Source: Hormiphora californensis (Eukaryota > Animalia > Ctenophora). From it: a DNA stretch of 64,000 nucleotides. Position 1 is the stretch's first letter; every line of letters starts with the position of its first letter. Where the stretch lies: NCBI GenBank assembly GCA_020137815.1, contig CM035359.1, positions 1,860,001-1,924,000 on the forward strand, given 5' to 3'. Below are positions 58,302 through 64,000 of the stretch, in pieces. The translations under genes were made by a program, and so were the position numbers. The notes under the pieces are model-generated. The model was not told where the DNA came from. It saw nothing but the letters and a program-made list of their open reading frames with translations, and searched no databases.

Positions 58302-61219
58302 GATGGACTACTTTAAATCCAAGATCGAGAAGATTTATGAGACAATTAAAGAGGACCCTGCTTACTCAGCTGATCTGCCAACTATTCCCCATGAACTATC
58401 TGCTCATAACTGCCCGGTACTCTCCAAGTTTAGGACAGTGTCTGACGCCGAACTTGTATCAACTGTTCGGAGCATGAACAAGAAACACTGTCCTCTCGAC
58501 CCTATTCCATCCACCATGGTAGGTGGTTCTCTGACAGAACTCGTCCCCATTATCTCTAAGATTGTGAACGGTAGTCTATCGGACGGAGTGGTTCCAGCCA
58601 ACTTAAAATCCGCTGTTATCCGACCCTCCTTGAAAAACAAAGAACTGGACCCAGACGAGCTCAGTAGCTACAGACCGATCTCTAATCTCTCCTTTGTGTC
58701 CAAGATCCTAGAAAAATGTGTTGCCGATCAACTCACTGAGCACATTGAGAGCAATGGACTTTTTAGCAAGGTTCAGTCTGCGTACCGCTCACACCATAGC
58801 TGTGAGACTGCAACTTTGAAGATCGTAAACGACACTCTAATACAGATGGACAAGAAAACAAAAGTGATCCTTGTGCTGCTCGATCTATCGGCAGCTTTTG
58901 ACACTATATCTCACTCTAAGCTCATTCAACGTCTACAGCAAGACTATGGAATCACTGGCAGAGTTCTCAAATGGATAGAGTCTTATTTGAATGATAGAAC
59001 TGCGATAGTGAAGATCGGACCGAACGAATCTGCCGCCACGACCATCAAAATCGGAGTCCCTCAAGGATCGATATTGGGGCCCCTTCTCTTCATACTCTAC
59101 ACCCGTGACCTAGAGAAGATTGCTCAGCTGTACAATCTAAAGATACATATGTACGCAGATGATACACAGCTCTCTATATCTTTTGTGCCTCAAAACCTAA
59201 TTTCAGCTATGAGCCAGGTACAAAAGTGTGTTGCTCATATTAGACTATGGATGGCTCAAAATCTTCTCAAGTTGAATCCTAACAAGACGGAGGTCATGAT
59301 ACTTAACAACAAATGGGATAAATCGGAAGCTCCTGATACAGTCGCCATAACAGAAGATGAGGATACAGTTGTAACTGAAGTAGCCAAGAACCTGGGAGTA
59401 ATATTTGATAAAGAGCTAAACATGACCAAGCATGTAACACGGATAGTCCAGATGGGCAATCTACAGTTAGTAAACATGTGGAGGATAGCTAGTAAGCTAA
59501 ACAAGAACCAGAAGACTCTTCTTGTCAACACCCTGATACACTCCAGGATCGATTACTGTAATGCCCTACTCCTTGGTTCGAAGGAATCCGATATAAAACG
59601 TCTCCAAGTACTCCAAAACGCGGCCACACGATTTATATACGGTCAGCGCAGCAGAAGAGGTGTAACCGAATTGAGAAAGAAATCCCACTTCCTTCCAATC
59701 AACCAACGCATCGAGTACAAAATGTGCCTAATGGTATACAATGCACTTAATGGTAAATCTCCATGCTACATCACTGAGATGATCCAGAAGAGGCAGGCGA
59801 AGTCCAAGAAACTCAGAGTAGATGACGATGACACAAGATTAGAGGAGTACCACTGCAAGTACAAGGTTACTGAGAAAGCATTTAGCATTGCTGCACCAAA
59901 ACTCTGGAACAGACTTCCAAAATTAATCAGGAAATCAGAGTCTGTAGCAACATTCAAGAAATCACTGAAGACTCACCTGTTCAACATTGCCTATGGCTAA
60001 CTTCCGTCCCTATGATATCATACATACAATACCTAGTATGATCGTAACCTGAATGACCTTTCGATTTCCTCTGACCTCCTGAATCCTGACCTCTGAATCC
60101 TTTCATAGATTGTATCCTCAACCACTCATCATATCCTCCACCTTCCATCCTATCCTCCACTTTTCGTCCTATCCTCCACCATCCATCCTATCCTCCACCA
60201 TCCATCCTATCCTTCACCATCCGTCCTATCCTCCACCATCCGTCCTATCCTCCACCATCTGTCCCAGTCTCCACCTTTCGTCCTATCCTTCACCATCCGT
60301 CCTATCCTCCACCACCCGTCCCATCCTCCACCATCCGTCCCATCCTCCACCATCCGTCCTATCTTCCACCATCCGTCCTATCATCCACCATGATCTGGAA
60401 TATCCTCCACCACCATCTGTCGCATCCTTTCACCATTCGTCCTATCCTCGACCATCCGTCCTATCCTCCATCTTTCGTCAAACTTTCCACCACCCGTCCT
60501 ATCCTCCACCATCTCTTCCATCCTCGGTCCTCCATCATCCGTCCAATCCCCACCATCCGTCCAATCCCCCACCATCCTTCCTATCCTCCACCATCCATCC
60601 TTCACCATCCATCCTATCCTCCATCATCCTGTTCCTATCCTCTATCAGCTGTCCTAGACACTACCATCACTCCTATCCTCCACCATCCGTCCTATTTCAC
60701 CACCATCCCGAGTTAGGAGAGACGTCCTCCTCATATTGTTCAGAGCTAGGGTTTTTTGAGTGCGTATTCTTGTTCGTTTGTGTGTGGTGGGTGTATGGGT
60801 TAGTAGGATCTTGGCAACTGAGATGTGGAGTAGAGTCTGAGGGTAGTCGAGAATTGGCCGAGTATGGGCCAGGAGAAAACAGTTACAAGAAACGTGTACC
60901 GTTACGAAAACGGCTGAAAGCGCAGTTATTCCTGCAGACTGTAAATGAACACTTCGAAAGTGATGATAAGTACGTGTTTATCAATGACAATCTTACTATT
61001 TTTATGTAAACGATGTGTGCTGAACATGATTTACTGTTTCCAAGTAGTCTAGGTATGCTGTGTCCGTTTGTGTGTGCACCTTTGTGTTCTCTTGTGAGAT
61101 GACCATTTTTTAATTAACTTATTTAACTTAACTTATTTGTGTTTTGTGTATGTCTTTATTTTTTGGGTGTTGGGGTATAAGTGTGAGTGTGAGTGTGATT
61201 TTAAGTGTGAGTTCTGTGT

Positions 61220-61264
<45 letters not shown>

Positions 61265-61505
61265 TGTGTGTGTATGTGTGGTGGTGTTTTGTAACTACCG
61301 TATTTTTAACTAACTTAAATTCGCATTTTCCTTTTCGATTTTAGTAATTTATTAAACCTGGTTAAATCTATCTGTCCGTTTAGCTCTCAGCTCATTGTTA
61401 CCCGTCTCATTGGTTCGTCTGTGTGTGTTTGTCCCGCTTTAGGTAACTGCTGTTGTGCTATTAGCCTCGGCCTAGAAGCGTATATTAATGTACTTAATTT
61501 TTAAC
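58302..61505 (+). mobile_element. 5'-truncated L2/Crack-type (CR1 group) non-LTR retrotransposon; RT ORF open to 60000
   Basis: YRPISNLSFVSKILEK, QSAYR, LLDLSAAFDTI, GVPQGSILGPLLF, YADDTQL and C-terminal FKKSLKTHLF. No endonuclease domain. The 3' end near GCGTATATTAATGTAC (~61478-61493) is tentative. Confidence 0.85.
60110..60710. repeat. Degenerate CCAT/TCC-rich minisatellite (TCCTCCACCATCCGTCCTA-like)
   Basis: Direct inspection; it explains the low-complexity ORFs here. Confidence 0.85.
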
Positions 61506-62267
61506 TATATTTTATACGTATAGTGTAAGAGCGGGAGAGTCATATATTTTCTTATATTGACTTGATATAAATTGTGAAGTTCATATTCATATTCATATTC
61601 ATATTCATGTGACGCGCAAAAACATTCCACGCACGAAAAGGGGGGTGACAACTTCAAAAAATCCGACTTTATGCGCTGCAGGGCGCCGTTACGATCTGGG
61701 TGTTTGGTGTTCTGTTTACAGGTGCGCACTGCCAAAAAGTTGAATCACTAAAACGGTTCTAACCGCCGAACCACTCAACCGTTTTGGCTAATTCAAAGTT
61801 TATCTGGTAGGAAATGTCAAGGCCTAACCCAAACCTTAACCCTATTTTAGCCCTAACCCTAAAAAACCGTTTGTCAGCACTCACCAAACACCCAGATTTT
61901 AACGCTGGCCTGCGCTGCAGACCGGGTATAGCTGCAGACCGGGTATTGCGACAGGACATCCTGCAAGCTGCACCGATTCGAAACACGAATCGGACAGGAC
62001 TGGTATTCCTTTTTTCATAAAAATTTCATAACTTTTTTGGTCGCATTGGAAAAAAATCTTTCCACTGCGACCAATGACAAGCCTCTATCTTATCAGGAAC
62101 CGGAAATAGATTTCAAGCGCTGCATTTCGATACGCGACGGCCTGTTGTTTCTAGCCCGAAGAATACCTTTAAATTTTAAATTGGACTTTTGGAACATTTT
62201 ATAAAAGCCTCGATTTATCGCCTGTTATCGACTATTCTTTACTTTAGCTCTGTATTTGGTATCAACA

Positions 62268-64000
62268 ATGCCAAGCAAAAGGAGAAAATTCTGTAAGGAG
62301 GTGATCGAAGTGGAAAAGGTATGCTGATCTCAAAACACTAGGTCCTTTTAGCTAGAGGAATAAGGGCTAATACCTACTAGTCAGGACCACTATTGGTGCG
62401 CAGTCGTGCCCACGGAAGGAGTGCTTGGATCATCTTGAAACCGGTTTTAAGTTAACTAATGCATATCCAAAAGTGTCTGTAGCTATTTGGGTGATGTTCT
62501 GACAATCCAATCACGAGATCAGCCTGATCTCAAAACACTAGGTCCTTTTAGCTGGAGGAATAAGGGCTAATACCTACTCTATTTTGTCGCCTGAAACTGT
62601 TTCTGTGCTGCAATTCAACTATTCCCACTTCAGATGCACGTCTCACTATTCATTTCTCTTCCAGGATTTCTTGAGTTTTCTCCCGGTGGAAGTTACCATG
62701 GTTATCCTATCTGAACTGAAGTCTTCCGATATCATGGAGCTGTCTGTTGTTTCTAAAAAATGGAACTCTCTCCTAAAAGGTAGATTCGAACCAACGCTCG
62801 ACTACATTTACTTTATTCTCTTTCATTATCAGTTTTACAACATTATTTTATGTTTCAGATGAATATACCTGTAAACAGCTGCTTATTGCTCACTACAATC
62901 TAAACCCAGTCAGCACCGAACCACCCAGAATGGGTTCATTCCAAGAGGACTACAAAATCTGCCACGAATTTGGGAAGAGAGTTTATCCAGAGCAGATGGA
63001 AATTGTTCACCAAATTGAAGAAACTAATTCGTGCGTAGTATCCCCGTCTGGAAAATACGTCGCCAGCTCGCATTATCATACAAACAAAGAACTTGTACAG
63101 CACGAAATATGCGTTGCAAGTACTGAGGAGTCTAATGTGGATTCAGTAAAACGATTGGAACTCTTTGACGAACCTCACAGGGGTACCAAACCAATGTTCA
63201 ACTCAACTGAGGAATATCTTGCTGTGTTAGTGAGCGATCATGACTTTGATCTTGGCATGGCTGTGATAAAGTGGATCAACGTTTATAAAACCCCAAACTT
63301 TGAGTTTTACAAGAAGATTACATGCCAAAGTGATGAGACAGTCAATGACATACATTGGATAGGAGACTACAGCCTTATGAAAGTTCAATACGGGGTTGTT
63401 AAAGTTTGGTCAATAATATCGGGGACGGAGGAGATTATTAGTGAAAATCAAGATGAAAGATACATTTATTATGCATCGTATGCAGTCGCCAACAACTATT
63501 AATCAGTATGAAATCGGATTGGGATGAAAAGAACGTTTACTTAAGAAAACAGTCAATCAAGGAGGAGAGATTCAATACGACTGCAAAATCTTTTTCTTTC
63601 GATGGAAAACCAACCGAGATAGAATTGGATAGTGCATTTTTTCCTCGCACTACCACTATTGAAACTCACATTGAGGGGAGAATCTTTGTCGTTCGTTATA
63701 GAAAGAAGATATTGGAACTTGACCTGAACCTGACAAAACTCCGTGAAATTTTTATTCCCAGCCTTCTTCCCAAAACGATAAAGGAAGACCGTGGTTTATT
63801 CCTTTTAAGCACGGGTGTGGCGAATGATGGATTGTTTCTTATTAAAGCCCTTTATAAAGGGCTGTTCTCTTTAAGTATTTGGGACCCAAAATCTGGACTG
63901 GTAATTACCTCTTTTGAGGGTCGTAGTTTACATTATGTGTCTGAGGCCTGCACTGTTCTATGGCCACGGGGCTCCCGACCTGCCCTAGTGGTAGCTACTG
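62268..64000 (+). CDS. F-box protein with WD40/beta-propeller-like region; exons 62268-62318, 62665-62779, 62859-(window end); frameshift at ~63495; 3'-incomplete
   Basis: F-box DFLSFLPVEVTMVILSELKSSDIMELSVVSKKWNSLL. Propeller-like CVVSPSGKYVAS, VNDIHWIGD, VKVWSI, LSIWDPKSG. A second frame stays open from ~63496 to the window end. Confidence 0.75.

Larger units (their letters stand above)
58191..61671. mobile_element. TIR element (TAAAGTCGGATTTTTTGAAGTTGTCACCCC) enclosing a LINE
   Basis: 30-bp inverted repeats at 58191-58220 and 61642-61671; a related terminus lies at ~33428-33459. Confidence 0.7.

Noticed and set aside
60110-61009. 299-aa Pro/Ser/His-rich ORF
   Set aside because: Mostly a CCAT-rich minisatellite. 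The last ~40 codons might be a LINE ORF2 remnant, but this cannot be supported.
61823-61862. Telomere-like CCCTAA repeats
   Set aside because: Only a few degenerate units inside an interspersed repeat; not a telomere.
62325-62578. 54-bp direct repeat in F-box intron 1 as possible LTRs
   Set aside because: Too short, with no PBS or PPT and no TSD; probably a local duplication.

Overview
Eukaryotic, intron-rich animal DNA. It is almost certainly ctenophore, probably a Pleurobrachia/Hormiphora-like cydippid; this is an inference from the innexin sequence, the LDLa-GPCRs and the repeat landscape. Exon models were built by hand from GT-AG sites and reading-frame phase. On the + strand: a 7-exon innexin (422-7419); a 17-exon gene (~13286-29855) for a single-pass membrane protein ending in a dynein microtubule-binding-domain-like fold; CCDC191 (42475-57526); and an F-box/beta-propeller gene that runs off the window end. 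Five genes are nested antisense in introns. Four sit in the 17-exon gene: a papain/cathepsin-L protease with a C-terminal ShK domain, a 101-aa secreted 8-Cys peptide, an intronless eh1-homeobox gene and a GPCR with a proline repeat. The fifth is a 9-exon LDLa-GPCR inside CCDC191. An intronless LDLa-GPCR paralogue carries ~47 Thr/Asp-rich 12-aa repeats. Mobile DNA includes two ORF1-only LINE-like retroelements, a 5'-truncated L2-type RT copy, a TTAA-flanked foldback element, several MITE families and many (GA)n tracts. The main leads are the membrane-anchored MTBD-like protein, the ORF1-only retroposons with L2-like 3' tails, repeated tandem duplication of splice junctions (including a ~42-copy acceptor array), and the cathepsin-ShK fusion. 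Several single-base frameshifts may be consensus errors. All family assignments are from motif recognition, not database searches.
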